This document shows, piece by piece, positions 43,810-57,015 of a stretch of DNA of 64,000 nt; positions within the stretch are counted from its first letter, which is position 1, and the number at the start of each line of letters is the position of its first letter. The stretch spans positions 1 to 64,000 of the forward strand of contig NW_003314271.1 in NCBI RefSeq assembly GCF_000143415.4, written 5' to 3'. The position numbers and the translations under genes are program-made. The DNA is from Selaginella moellendorffii (Eukaryota > Plantae > Lycopodiophyta). Under the pieces are notes generated by a model. It searched no databases, was not told where the DNA came from, and worked only from the letters and a program-made list of their open reading frames with translations.

Positions 43810-45420
43810 ATGGAGGTGATTCGCCACCTCCATCTGAACGAGAACGTTTGAGCTGCTTGCCCGTTTGATTTTCCGCAAGGGATTTGAAAACCTCGAGTTT
43901 TTCCAGAGCTTGTGATTTTGATGCCAGACAGAAAACAAAGATTTTTCTGTCGTGATCATCAATGAAACTCATGAAAAACCATGAACCTCCATAAGGGCCC
44001 CAAATGTCACTATGAACAAGTTCTAGTATTTCAGAGCCACGTCGTGCTCCTCGCTTTGGAAAAGGAAGCTTGTGTTGTTTCCCAAGCTGGCAACCATCGC
44101 AAAAGGAAAGTTTTGCAGTGGTTGTGAACTGGGAATCAAGGCCTTTGACAAGTCTGTCCGTCGTGAGCTGAGCAATGCGCCGTGTGCTCGCATGTCCGAA
44201 ACGGCGATGCCACAGCTCAAGCTCGTCCAGGGTAGAAGCCATGAACGTGAGGAACTGATGAGGGCGTTCAACCACTTCAGCAGCTCGTATTGGCTCCATA
44301 CAAAGCTTGTATAGACCTTTCCCAGCTTGTCAAATGCCAACAAATCCTAAGTCACCCGCGGGAGTGAGCAAAATGCATCCAGATTTGCCGAAACGAATGT
44401 CAAATCCAGATTCAGTGAGTTGGCCGACAGAGAGCAAGTTCGCACTTAAGTGTTGGAACAAGGTATACATCATGAATTGTGGTGCTAAAACCACTCTCAC
44501 GTTTGAGCAAGATGGTACCTCGACCAGTGACCTGGAGCTGTCTTCCATCCCCTACTGCAACTGTGGCTGGTGGATCAACATCTTGGAGCGTCTTGAACCA
44601 CTGAGCGTCGTGCGTCAAGTGATCCGTCACTCCTGAATCAAAGAAAAACGTTTCTTGATTTTTAGATGCGAGAGTGAACGTACTGAGCCAAAAGCTGTTG
44701 CATCAGCTTGATGAACCATCAATGCCTTAGCATTCGTCTTCAGTCATTTCTCTGGGTATTTGAACCAACAGTTGTGTTCAGCATGATTCGTTTTCTTGCA
44801 ATGTGGGCAAGGGTTGAATTTTCTGGTTGTGCTGGAAGAACTCCGACAGTTTCTTCTTGCTTGGCCGAGCTGTGGTATTGTAGGAAGAAGTCTCACTCTT
44901 TTCCATCGTTTTTCGTCGCAAGGCAGTGTTGTGTAACGCTGTCGTGACTTCTCGCTAGGAAATTTGACCACCGGGGACTGTGGGTTGAAGCGACTGGATG
45001 GTTGTATCGAAGGTGGAGGGGAGCAAGCTGAGGAGATGCTCATATTCCTCAGCTTCATCCATCTGTGCGCCCACAGCAACTAGGTCGTCCAAGATTTGTT
45101 TGATGACAGCAACATGGTCATCGGCCTTGGACATTGCCATGGAGTAGAGCTTTTGGTGAAGATGCATGCGATTAGCGGGTGTCTGCTGCTCATGAATTGC
45201 TGTAAGGGTTGCCCACACCTCACATGCTTTTGTGCAATGTGATACTACTCAAAAAGTTTCGTGTGTGTAAGGCTTGGAAAACCTTGCCAAGGGCTTTGCA
45301 ATTAATCACAGCCCATTTGTCCTGTCCTGCTCGTCTTGGGGAGCTGTTCAAGGTCTTTGTGGGGCATAGTCACACCCCATAGCCTTTGTTCATTCAGGTA
45401 GCATTTGATGTGAATGTGTT
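43810..45420 (-). mobile_element. Truncated Ty1/copia gag-pol (gag, zinc knuckle, protease, GAG-pre-integrase, N-terminal integrase)
   Basis: WATLTAIHEQ...LLSLLPSTFD; CPHCKKTNHAEHNC; DSGVTDHLT; LWHRRFGH...CDGCQLGKQHKLPF; LELVHSDIWGP...FIDD...RSDGGGE; frameshifted, no RT/RNase H. Confidence 0.9.
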
Positions 45421-45964
45421 TAAAATGTATAGTAGGGTGGTTATGGTTAACTATTTTAAGGCATAGTTTAGCTTTTGCTTACATGCTTATTTTTATTTTG
45501 TGGTTTAAGTTTAATTTCTATACCATGCTAGATTGATATTTTATATGGGCCATTAATACACTGAAATAGTCATTTTGCTCCATTTTACATGCTAATTATA
45601 ACATTAGGATGCTAAAAACTTTAGAACTGTTTAATGTCATTCCACATTCTTATCCCTTTTCTCCTTGTGAACACTTTTTGTGCTTTAGTTCTTTTGTTCT
45701 TTAACTGCAAGTTTGGGAATTTAACTTTATTCTTTCATTTAGTGGCCTATAGCCCTAAAATTTAAATTTTGCTCAGCTATATGGCATATATTTCCAAATG
45801 GAAAAATCACCTAAAACTCAAGTTTTGCTACGGCCAAGGCTCCTCCTAAGGATTTTGGGCTTGGAATCTCATTGGACAAATGGCATATATTTCCAAATGG
45901 AAAAATCAGGGATGAGAAGGGAGGGAGGGGGAGAATTCATCACCTTTGAAGGCTACTTAACCAA

Positions 45965-46238
45965 ACAATCAATCTCCTTGCCCTAATTCACCTTGTTTTG
46001 CTGTGTGCATTCTGATGCATCCTATGCTACTCTCTCTATCTCCTCATCATTCTAAATTATACTCCTCTGATACCATGTTATGATGTTCAATTGAGATTGA
46101 ATTGTTGAGCTTGAAATTCACAACATGGTATTAGAGGAGTATGATCTAAGATGACAAGGAGACCGGAGAGAGTAGCTTAGGATGCATCAACATGCTCATG
46201 CAGCACACACAAGATGAATTAGGGCAAGGAGATTGATC
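45965..46238. repeat. Long imperfect inverted repeat (arms about 125 bp) built from two head-to-head PBS+leader segments
   Basis: atactcctctgataccatgttatga versus tcacaacatggtattagaggagtat, pairing outward to caatctccttgccctaattca / tgaattagggcaaggagattg. Confidence 0.85.
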
Positions 46239-46379
46239 ACCATGTTTGTGAACAATCATGCCAAGGTCTCTGTCTGGGATAGGCTTGGGCCACACCAAGA
46301 GGGTGCAGCCAAAAATTGGAAGCGCAATGGGCAAAATGCCAAGAAAAAGAAGGACAAGAAGCACAAGGATAATAGCTTT

Positions 46380-46600
46380 TGTAATATTTGCAAGAAACCA
46401 GACTTGTAGTCATCTTTGTATTTTTGGCTATGCTTTTGTCACCAAGAAGCATGGCACCAAACTTGAAGATTGCAGCGTGAAGGCCATTCTCATTGGCTAT
46501 GGTGACTAGAAATGAAGGCTTACAAGCTCTACAGCCTTTCTAGTTCAAAGATCTTTCACAGTCATGATGTGATCTTTGATAAGTCTTAGACTTTATGCTA
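46380..46600 (+). mobile_element. Copia integrase C-terminal (SH3-like) remnant
   Basis: HLCIFGYAFVTKKHGTKLEDCSVKAILIGYGD...KAYKLY...IFHSHDVIFD. Confidence 0.75.
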
Positions 46601-47224
46601 CTCACAATCTTCCCACAGCAATCAAGCCCCCAATCAAGTGTCAATAGTTTGTGGCAATTGACAGTGATGGAAAAGAAGACATCTCTACTTCTAGGCTCTT
46701 GTTTATTTTTTCACAGCTACCATCGTCTCCTTTGTAGACAGAGCTAATCGGCTTTCAGTTTTCATGAAGGAAAACTGGATGAAGAATTGCTGAGAGCTGC
46801 CGTCAGCAAGAGACCCCCACAATGATCACCACAGCATGCCAGCATCATTGCCGGAGTATTGTGGACCTAATCATCGTTTGAGCCAAATGAGCGCGATCCA
46901 TGCCCAATATTATGGGAGATTTCTAGGTTTTTCCGGGGATCTAGGGAACCCGGTGGCTGTTCTCCCGGTTTGTTGTGTCTACAAGCTCTCGTTTTTCTCT
47001 CTTTTTCTTTAGGGAATCCTCGTGGATTGTCCATCCAAGCTGCTGCTTTCTTGGTTTGTTGTGTTTCGGGAGGTCAAGAAGGCCGAATCTCAAGGAAACG
47101 GCCAAAGATTCCCCTGTCTAACTGTGCAAGCTTGTTTTTTTTCTCTTGTCTTTACTGAGTTTGCCGGTGCAGGTTTGTTGTTGAGTTTCGTCTCTTAGCT
47201 CCGGTGTGAACGCCTTTTCTAGTG

Positions 47225-47820
47225 ATGAAGACCAGATCATCTCCAGGAATTCTCTGAGGTGTGTAGTGTTTTAAACTGGATGGATTTGATCTTTTCCTGT
47301 TTTTCTTTGTTTAAGGGGGTATCTATTAAGTGAAAACTACATATTCATATGTAGCAGTTAAAAAAGTAGACAGAGAGCATGGAGGATATCCCATGGATAG
47401 GTTTTGCTATGAAAGAAATATAAGCTTTATATTTGTCTCGGGTTTTGTAATATTGTTTTTCTTTGTGTAATTTCTAGGGACAAAGGGCCTACTTTCTTCG
47501 GCTTGAGGATATGCCTGTGAAAGTAATCTTTCCCCCTTACTTAAAGGGCACATGCTTGGAGGAGGCATAATAGGCATATTAACGGAAGAAATTAAATATC
47601 TGGTTTCTACCAGATGGTGCTAAAGCAGAATTTAGTAAAGCAACCAAAGGTGTGTTCTGAGTCATTGTTGGACGGTAAGTTTTCTTTTGTTTCTTTTCTT
47701 TAGTTTTAGTCTTTTCTTTTTTAGGAATTCTAACTTGGATAGCATTCCAGCTGCAATCAACAATCTATTTCTTTTTATTGCCTTCTGGACAAGTTTGACG
47801 ACGGACCGGTGATAGACTAG
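47225..47820 (+). pseudogene. Orphan 4-exon gene family, full-length pseudogene copy D
   Basis: Collinear with 36899-37496 but with in-frame TGA/TAA stops and the intron-2 donor changed from GT to AT. Confidence 0.8.
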
Positions 47821-48714
47821 TTTATCATAAAGTATTCTTTTTTATAAATGCGAAGCTTTTTTGTACAGATCGCAGCTATTATAAGTTTAAGATAGTCGAA
47901 AGAGTCTTTTTGATAAATAATATATAAGAGTTTCGATGCTATAATTGCTTTGATGATAGCTCACTTTGAGAACTTATATTGCCTTTTTCCCAATGGTTAT
48001 CATCTCGGCTTCGCCTTGTCCTACTAAAGTTAGTGCTGGCTCTGGGAACATGAACCACCATGGAACTCCCAGGATGGAATTGAGGAGCTCGTCACTCGTG
48101 TTCTTCTATTTTGCCGTGTGAAGCATTGGACAACCTTTAACTCAGCTCAAGTATGACAATGGTGCACCATGAAACTCATCTTGAATTAAAACTCAAAAGT
48201 TCCTTAAGACTAAAGGCAAACGACTGCTGGATCTCAGGCCCAGGATTGCCTTGGTAAACTTGGTTTTGAGAAAAAATTAATGCTTTCTGAGATCAAGTCA
48301 TAGTTTAAGCGCTTTATTAAGGTTAACTTGCTAGAGTTTGTTCTTTTGCAAGAGGTAAATGAAAGTCTTCAAAAACTGCATTGGACTTCCATTCACTGAC
48401 GTTGACTTTGAGCTCTCAGGTCAGGTTCCCGAGTTTTCTTTTTTCTTTGTGAGACTCCTTTGATTTTGCTGCAGTGGTAAAAAACTGTGGAAAGCATAGG
48501 AAATCATCAGGTAGTGGTAGGCCATAGGAGGAACGATCTAGTTGTTTATGTTTGAGGGATTTGCAAAAGCTTCCCACAATATTTGTTGCTCAAGGATATT
48601 ATCTATCCATCGTTTATAATCTTGTGGTGCCCAACCTCGAAGCATGTGACAAATGAATGCAAGTGTTTGTGAAATTTGCTAATACGAAAGAACAAGGATT
48701 TACTTTGGCATTGA

Positions 48715-50500
48715 TCAAATTCGCGAGAATAGTTCTTGGATGCTGCCCTTCTGGACGTCACCCGCGCATATCTGCGAGAAAGAGCTTCCACTGTTCTAAG
48801 AGAATCCTCGTCTGATCAGCAAGACATTTACCTCCACGATTTTCTCTGAGGCTTCCGGGACCACGATCGCTTCCACGCAAACTTCAGCGACCTGATCCAC
48901 GAGCCGCAAGACCTTTTAGATGCATGCTGTCCTGCTAGAGTTTCTTACCTTTGATCGACTGATACCACCTATGAAGAGCGAGTCGGCTGGCGTCATGACG
49001 AGAGCCTCATCCTGGAACAAAAAGAAACGTTATCTCTAAGAAACTTAGGAGAGAATAGCAACGTTTACAGCGGGTGCGTTCTCTCGTAGACCAGCAGGCC
49101 TTACGATAGTGTACTCAAGCCCCGAGCGTTGCAAAGCTCTGCCTGCCTTTTCCTGAGGAAGGATAAAACGAGTGAGACAACATTCTTGCGAAGTTAAAGC
49201 TTGTTTCGCTTACCACCACAGAATGGGGATTATCTGGAGGAATGACGAGAATCGACGTAACCAGTATAAACTGCGAGTTAAATGTCAGTCTGGATAGACA
49301 ATACTTTCCTTGCTACCTTTTTCACTTGTCCTTGGTTCTTGGCTGCCGAGATAAGGTTCACAACTCCTTCATACTCGATCTGGAAAAAAATCACTCAGTG
49401 TCAAAGAGAATGTGATTAACAACTTAAGAACCTGGTAAGTCTTCATAATATCCAGCGGCAAAAACTTCGTCCCAATGACACACACGACCGCATTACTGTA
49501 AAGCTTGCTTTAGACTGGAAGATGAGAAAGAGCCAAACGTACCTATCACCCAGTGCTTACTTGAGAGTTTCGTATTTACAAATGTCGCCACGGACAGCCT
49601 GCTTGTCCAGAAAGAAGACACGTTACCAGAAAACGCAGTGACACCAGCAGCACAAATTTCAACTTACAGTCACGTTGCCCTGCTCGTTGAATCGATTGGC
49701 CTTATCACTTTGGCACCTCCTTTCGAGAGCTTTTCCACCACGAGCCTGAGTTTAGAGAATCAAAACTTGGTTACAAAGGCAAAAACGAAAGAAAAAAGCA
49801 AGAACGGAAAAACGAACTCACGAACCTTCCAGTTCTTCCCGAGGCACCGGCCACGAAAACCTTGAGATCAGCAAACCGCCCTTGATCGTGCCGAGGTTGC
49901 TCCTTTGGTTCCGTGCCATCTTGATCGTGCCGGGGCTGCTCCTTTGATTTCTTACCATCTTGATCGTGCCGGGGATGCTCCTTTGATTTTGTGCCTTTAG
50001 ACGAATCCACGGGAGTGCTGCCAGAAACTTCTTTCGAGACTGCCTCAGCCCCAGCTTCTACGTTCTCTCTCAAATCTCCTCCCAAAGAAGAGATGCCCTC
50101 GAGCCGATCTCTCTCTTCTGACTCTTCCACTCCATCGTCAGCTTCGTTCTCCTCTCTCAAATTACCTGGCAAAGAAGAAACGGCCTCGGGCTCTTCCGAC
50201 TCCTCAACTCCATCCTCGCCATCATCCGACGCAGCATCCTCGTCGGAGATTTCTTCATCCAGCGCATTATCGAGCAAAGATTTCTCTTGCCGATCTTCCT
50301 CAGCCACGTTGGGAGTCGAGCTATCCAGGATGTGAGGCTGCCGGACGAGCTCTTCCTCCACCGGATACGCTTATTCAGGAGCTTCATATGCCCTGCACAG
50401 ACCGATGCGATCAACAACAGCCAAGACGCAAGAACAAGAGAAGAAAATTTCCACTCACGAGCTCGCCGATGCTTCGTCCGCGCCACAATCTTCTGCATAT
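48715..50500 (-). pseudogene. NAD(P)-binding Rossmann-fold (TIC62-like atypical SDR) gene with acidic repetitive N-terminus, frameshifted
   Basis: KVFVAGASGRTG, IEYEGVVNLISAAK, FILVTS, LQRSGLEYTIVRPAGL, GGISRSK, VAEVCVEAI...KIVE, ICAGDVQKGSIQELFSRI*; small deletions break several exons; 5' end abuts a PPR 3' fragment. Confidence 0.78.
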
Positions 50501-50504
50501 CGCG

Positions 50505-50758
50505 CTTGGTGGTGGTGGTCTTGTTGATCAAAGGCCGGGAGTGCCGGTATGTGTTCGTCCCGGGATGGAGGACGGATATCTTGAGCCGGGCGGACGAGAT
50601 GAGTGAAGCTTGCGAGGACGATGTCTAGACGAAGCGGTGGTGATTTCTCCGTTGGCGTGGCACCAGCGGCTTGTAGAAAGTGGAAGAATTGAGGTGGCTT
50701 TTGAGGAGCTGGGTGGTGAAGCTGTATACAATCTTATGGCAAATGCTTGCTCGACCTG
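50505..50758 (+). pseudogene. PPR pseudogene 3' fragment (another at 59137-59385)
   Basis: Matches 22705-22963, including that copy's deletions. Confidence 0.85.
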
Positions 50759-50849
50759 AAAAGGTGTGATTTTTCCCAAGCAAATAGCTTGTATATCTAT
50801 CAAGAAGAATGCAACAACGAGCTTACGATCGCGAACTCCTTGATCTTTC

Positions 50850-53800
50850 TTACGCTGCCAGGCTCTTGGAGGCGATCTCAAACACATTCTCTGACAGGCC
50901 ATCGGTTTTAGCAATGCGTTCCAGTTGAGCCTACAAGGACAAAGTCACACACATTTGAGAAGAGAAGACCTGGAAAACAAACACTGCTTAACCTTAGCCA
51001 GCGATTGTCTGCCTTCATCAAAGCGTTTCCACCTCGACAATGACGATACCATTCGCGATGCCATCTGTGAGGACGAAGTTAAGATACGAAGAAACTGTGC
51101 TTGAGTTACCTGAGGATTCATTTTGTCCAACTGCAAAGTCACCTCTGCCAAAAACTCGTAGCCAGAGCCATCTTTAGCGTGAAAGTTGACAGCGGTCCGA
51201 CAGAAAGGACCGATCAGAGAATACACCTGTGTAGCAAGGGATGTTTTAGCTCCTGAGAAAGGTGATCTGAAACACGGAACCTTGTTTGGGTTCTTCATAT
51301 CGAAGGACGGATGATCTAGCAATCGCCTCATGTTCTTAACATTTCCAGGGATATCAGACATAGATTGTAACACCAGCCATTTGTTCACAACCTGCATGGT
51401 TTTGCTCAGTCTCCATGAAAAGAGAAGCAAAGGAAATTCTTACCAAAGTTTCGTCCTTCCACTGCTCGTAGAAGTTTGCCAAAGCTTCATCACGCACGTC
51501 CCCAGGATTCTGGCAAAGTGAAGAGAGGGCTGCAAATTGATCTGTCATATTTGTTGCGCTTTTGTATTCGTTCAAAGCAAGCTCAGTAGTGTCCGCCTCG
51601 TCCAGAGAGCAGAGGTAGTCTGCAAATCACGCACTCAACTCTAAGAGAACAACTATCAAGGAAGCGACTCACCGAGAGCGAGGTTTTTTAAGGATCTCCT
51701 GGCTTTGTTTTTGTGATCGAATGTGTAGTGCGGATCAGAACTTCGGTTTTCAGTCACCTGCATCAGAAAACGGATGTCATGGCAGAAACAAACACGATAA
51801 GTCTATACTCACAGTTTTCAGGAAATCTTGCTTCAGTTTCGACGCAAGCTCTCTTATCACGAATTTTCGGACAGTATGTACTGCATCTGGATCTGCAACC
51901 TCCATCAAGTCCATCAGTTCGCTTTCTCCAGGAAGTGTTAGTGCCTTTGCCACAAATTCCTGTAATATGTCCGTCAGCTAGAGCCTAGAAGCATGAGAAA
52001 AACATGCCTTATCTAACGAGGAATCGTTGAGAATACTGCGCATGCCTTCCACAAATGCGGATGGAACCGCGAGCTGTTCGTTTCTTTGTGCTTTCGGAAT
52101 AAGATCCAGCATAAGTTTTCTTCCCATCGTCTGTCCAGCCTCCCATCTGTTAAACTCGTCGGAGTCATGCGCGAGCAAAAAGAGCAAATCGTCATCCGTC
52201 ACAGTCGGCGTCACAAGGCGCACGGGAGCACTAAAGTTTCTTAGGAAAGATGGCACAGGTTTCTCAGGCAAATTGAGAAAAGTGAACTCTTGCTCTTCCT
52301 GGAAAAGTACACTGGTTAGAACACCAAAACCAAACAAGATGCACCCTCACCTTATCAACAACAACTACTGCTGTCTTTGCAGGTCCCCCCGCTGTGTCTT
52401 TCAATGACTTGAGTGATCCTCCATCAAGCAACTCGGTCAACACCATATCCTCGCCTTTTGAATTTAGCAGACCCACAGCCAATGGTATTAACGTCGGCTC
52501 CTTCACAGGTTGCCCAGGTGTAGAAGGAATTTCTTGCCTAAGGAGAAAATGCAGGAGAAATAAAGAATAGAAAGGCCACCTCTTACTTGCACTTTACAGT
52601 ATAGCTACGAGCTGCAGCATCATACGCTGTCGAAACAGTAAGAACGGGTGTTCCAGCTTGAGAATACCTGTAAGAACATGGTCAGGCAGGTGAACACTTG
52701 TGCATTAGCTTACCATCTCAAGAAAACTGAAAGATTGGCGGAATTAGCGTCTCGCATAGCAGCAAAGAAATCCTCGCAAGTTACAGCTTGTCCGTCGTGA
52801 CGTTCAAAGTACAAGTCCATGCCCTGTGCAACACCGTCTGCAAAGATATAAGAATACTGAACACAAACCTTCCGAAACCCATCTTTCCCAAGCAATGTTT
52901 GGTACATGCGAACCACTTCCGCACCCTTTTTATACACCTGTAGACATAGACGTAGAATTAAGACGCCTAACAATATCGTTTTCGAACTTCTTACCGTCAC
53001 TACGTAAATAGTAAGGACAGATAACAAAATGTCAGTCGCGGCAAAACTACAATTCTAAAGCTCATACCCGTATAGAAGTTGTCCATCTGCAAATAAGCTC
53101 TTTTTTAGTAAGAGTTTTTGCAAATGAGGAGTACCTTAATGTAAGAATGCGGACGGACAGGGTGCGCCATGGGACCAGCGTCCTATTGCGGACAACAAGG
53201 TCAGTGTGATTTGAGGAGAAAGAAGAAAAAAACCTCTGGTACCTCTGAGAATTGTGCTGTTCTGAGAAGAGCGACATCACCGATACGTTTGACAGGTCGA
53301 GAGCCCATGTCAGAAGAAAACTCCTGTAACTTGGCATTTCAGTACACAAAGAAACCAACGCAAAAACTATACGCACCTGATCCCTGAAAACTGTAAGACC
53401 CTCCTTCAGACTCAATTGAAACCAATCACGGCATGTCACCCTGTATTACATGACTATATCAGCTAAAGCAGTGACAATGCGACGACGTACCTATTCCCAG
53501 TCCAATTGTGGAAGTACTGCAAAGCAAACGTAGAGGTTAGCGGTTGTAGAACCTCTAATTCAGACCAACCTCATGACCGATCACACGCAAAATTGTCGCG
53601 TAGTCAACATCTGTAGCAGTTTCAGCAGACGCCAAAACAAGGTTCGAGTTGAATATCTGATACGAATAGAAAAATTAAGTGAATACAACAGCAAAAAAGA
53701 GACTCACATTCAAGCTCTTGTTCTCCATAGCACCCCTACACCGTGCATCAGTTACCAAAAACGAACAAAAACAGCATCTTACGTGTCGAAATCGGGAACA

Positions 53801-55325
53801 GCGACAATGTTAAACAGGTCAAGATCATACTCCAACCCATACACCTGTGCGAAGTTGAGATAAAAGAGACAGAGAGAGAAAAAAGACTTCTACTTACATC
53901 CTCATCCCACTTCATTGAAAGCTTGAGAGCATGCATAGCATGCTCTGTCTTTGGAACGTCTTGTGCAGGAGTCCAAATCCTCAGTTGAACATCCCTTCCT
54001 GAACGCGTTTTAAAAGTATCGTCTCTGGACGTGAGTTGCCCCGCTACCAAGGCAAAGAGGTAGCAAGGCTTTTTGAAAGGATCCTCCCACACAGCATAAT
54101 GAAATCCATTCTGACCACAGCACGTCAGGCTCTACACAATGCCAGTGAAGAAACAATGCCAACCTCGAGGTCGCCGGAGTCTATAAGGTTGCCATTCGAC
54201 AAAAGAACGGGACACTGTGCTTTGTCCGCTTCTATCCTGGTAGTGAACTTTGCCATAACGTCTGGCCGATCCTGTAATAGCTCGCCAGAATGTCAGCCAA
54301 ACATTGTCACAAAAAAAGACCTGATAAAAGGTTATTTTTCTAAAACCTTCAGCTTCGCATTGTGTACAAAACATGCCGCTGGAAGACTTGTAGAGCCCCT
54401 GTTGGAGAAAAAAAAAATAACCATACTAAAAAACTTGATCCCACTTACTTCGAGAGACAAGTTAGTCTCCGGGTGTATCTCAGAGCCAATCTCTAAATCA
54501 AAAGGCTGAACAGGAAGTGACTTCAACGTCAGATGACGGCTGGTCAGCTCAACTTCTTCCAGCTTCCGTTCTTCGCCGTTGATTTTAACAAAGAGAAGTT
54601 TCACGTCGCGACCATCCAAAACCAATGGCGGGCTTTCACCTGCATGGCTTCTGGTTAATGACTACCAAGATAGCGAACGAAACAACGAAAGTGGAAAAAG
54701 AAAATACTTGAGTTTCTCGGCAAAACCCGGATCTTAGACACCACGGTTGTCTTTTTCTCAGACAGAACAAATTTCAGCTCGACCTGGGTGGAAAAAACGA
54801 AATCAGCATCCAAAATCCACACGGTGCGTTACCGTGTCAAAGTGATAGCCAGTGGGCTTGTAATCCTTCAAAAAAATCTCCTTGGGAGCCTCCTTGACAG
54901 CCATCTCTTCAGCTACAGGAGAAACACTCGCTGTGGAGAATTGGCTAGACCCTGCAAAAGCACGCTACAGTTCACGACATGTGTTAGTCCGTAAGATTCA
55001 CGAAAATGAAAGAAAAAACAAGTACCGGCAATTTCAATCAGCTTCCGCGCACGCAACCAAGTTCCTACATGATGAGAACCATAAACAATGCTTGAAACAT
55101 CTACCTTGAATTTCGAAGACAAGGCAAACGCGGAACTGGATTTACAGTACCGAGTGAAGCACCTTGCCTGCAAAAGCACGTAGCAAATTAGAGGAAGTAA
55201 AATTGACATGAAAAGGAAGAACCGAGAGAGAACAAAAAGAAGAATCTGAAGCAAGAGGAAATAAAGCACCGGGAAAGCTCGAAACTAAGCCCTGGTCTCT
55301 GGCAAGGCGCCACGACGGTGGCCAT
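50850..55325 (-). CDS. M1 aminopeptidase N, copy 2: catalytic region open, transit-peptide exon frameshifted (possible internal start at 54904)
   Basis: Collinear with copy 1; GAMEN and HEYFH retained; 37-nt deletion in exon 1; substitutions VYEKG>VYKKG and DFNM>DFDT. Confidence 0.7.
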
Positions 55326-55529
55326 TTCTCCTCTAAAACCCCTAAAATCCAAAGACACAACACAGGCAGCTCCATTCTTTTAGAATCTCTACTGCTGGAG
55401 ATCATCAAAGCACGAATGCGCTGCGCACAAAATCGCGAAAAACCTCACCCGATCGGCGCCCACGCCCAGCGCCTCGAGCAAATATTATCGCTCGCCTCTT
55501 TTAGGTCAACACGGCACTAAAAGTTAGAT

Positions 55530-55825
55530 AACGTTTCTTTTTGTTTCAGGATGAGATGAGGCCAGCCGACTCGCTCTTCATAGGTGGTATCAGTCGATCG
55601 AAGGTGGAAAGCATGCATCTAAAAGGTCTTGCGGCTCGTGGATCAGGTCGCGGAAGTTTGCGTGGCAGCGATCGTGGTCCCGGAAGCCTCAGAGAAAATC
55701 GTGGAGGTAAATGTCTTGCTGATCAGACGAGGATTCTCTTAGAACAGTGGAAGCTCTTTCTCGCAGATATGCGCGGGTGACGTCCAGAAGGGCAGCATCC
55801 AAGAACTATTCTCGCGAATTTGATC
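55530..55825 (+). pseudogene. Inverted 3' fragment of the Rossmann-fold gene (others at 38414-38640 and 63235-63470)
   Basis: MRPADSLFIGGISRSK...VAEVCVAAIVVPEASEKIVE...ICAGDVQKGSIQELFSRI*. Confidence 0.8.
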
Positions 55826-57015
55826 ACTGCCAAAGTAAATCCTCGGTCTTTCGTATTAGCAAATTTCACAAACACTTGCATTCATTTGTGACATGCTTCG
55901 AGGTTGGGCACCACTAAATTATAAACGATGGATAGATAATATCCTTGAGCAACAAATATTGTGGGAAGCTTTTGCAAATCCCTCAAAACACAAACAACTA
56001 GATCTTTCCTCCTATGGCCTACCACACTACCTGATGATTTTCTATGCTTTCCACTGCAGCAAAATGAAAAAAAGAAAACTCGGGAACATGCACCAGCTGA
56101 CCTGAGAGCTCAAAGTCAACGTCAGTGAATGGAAGTCCAATGCAGTTTTTGAAGACTTTCATTTACCTCTTGCAAAAGAACAAACTCTAGCAAGTTAACC
56201 TTAATAAAGCATTGACATTAATGCTTAAACTATGACTTGATCTCAGAATTTTTCTCAAAACCAAATTTACCAAGGCAATGCTGGATAACCAAGTTTACCA
56301 AGGCAATCCTATATTTAGAATCATCAATGAGAAACTGGAAGGTCTGGAGGCAGAAGATCTGGAGGAGTTCAGGAAATGGCTTTTCTAATTTGTCCTTATT
56401 GGCTTCTTGGTTTACATTTTAAAATTTGTCTTTATATGTTTCTTGGTTTTCTTAGTGTAAGTTATGGAATTGTGCCCAGTATTGATACATAATTCTAGTT
56501 TACAGATTTATATTTATATTATTTGCCCATACAGACATTTCAGGATGACCAACTCTATATATAGCAGTTGTTTGTCTTAGTCTTAAGGAACTTTGAGTTT
56601 CAACTCAAGACAAGTGAGTGAGGTGCCATTGTCATACTTGAGCTGAGTTAAAGGCTATTGAGTGTTTCACACAGCAGAGGCTGCAAAACAGAAGAATGTG
56701 AGTGATGAGCTCCTTGATTCCATCCCGGGAGTTCCACAGCAGTTCACATTCCCAGAGCCAACACTAACTTTAGCAGATGAGGCAAAGCCAAGGTGATAGC
56801 CATTGGAAAAAAAACAACACAAGCTCTCAAAATAAACTATCATCAAAGTGATTACAGCATCGAAACTCCTATATATTATTTATCAAAAAAGTTTTCTCTA
56901 CTACCCTAAATTTATAATAGCCGCAATTTATACAAAAAAAAGGCCATAAACTACCCTAAACTCATAATAACCGCAATTTATACAAAAAGAGGCCATAAAC
57001 TAATTCATTACCAGC

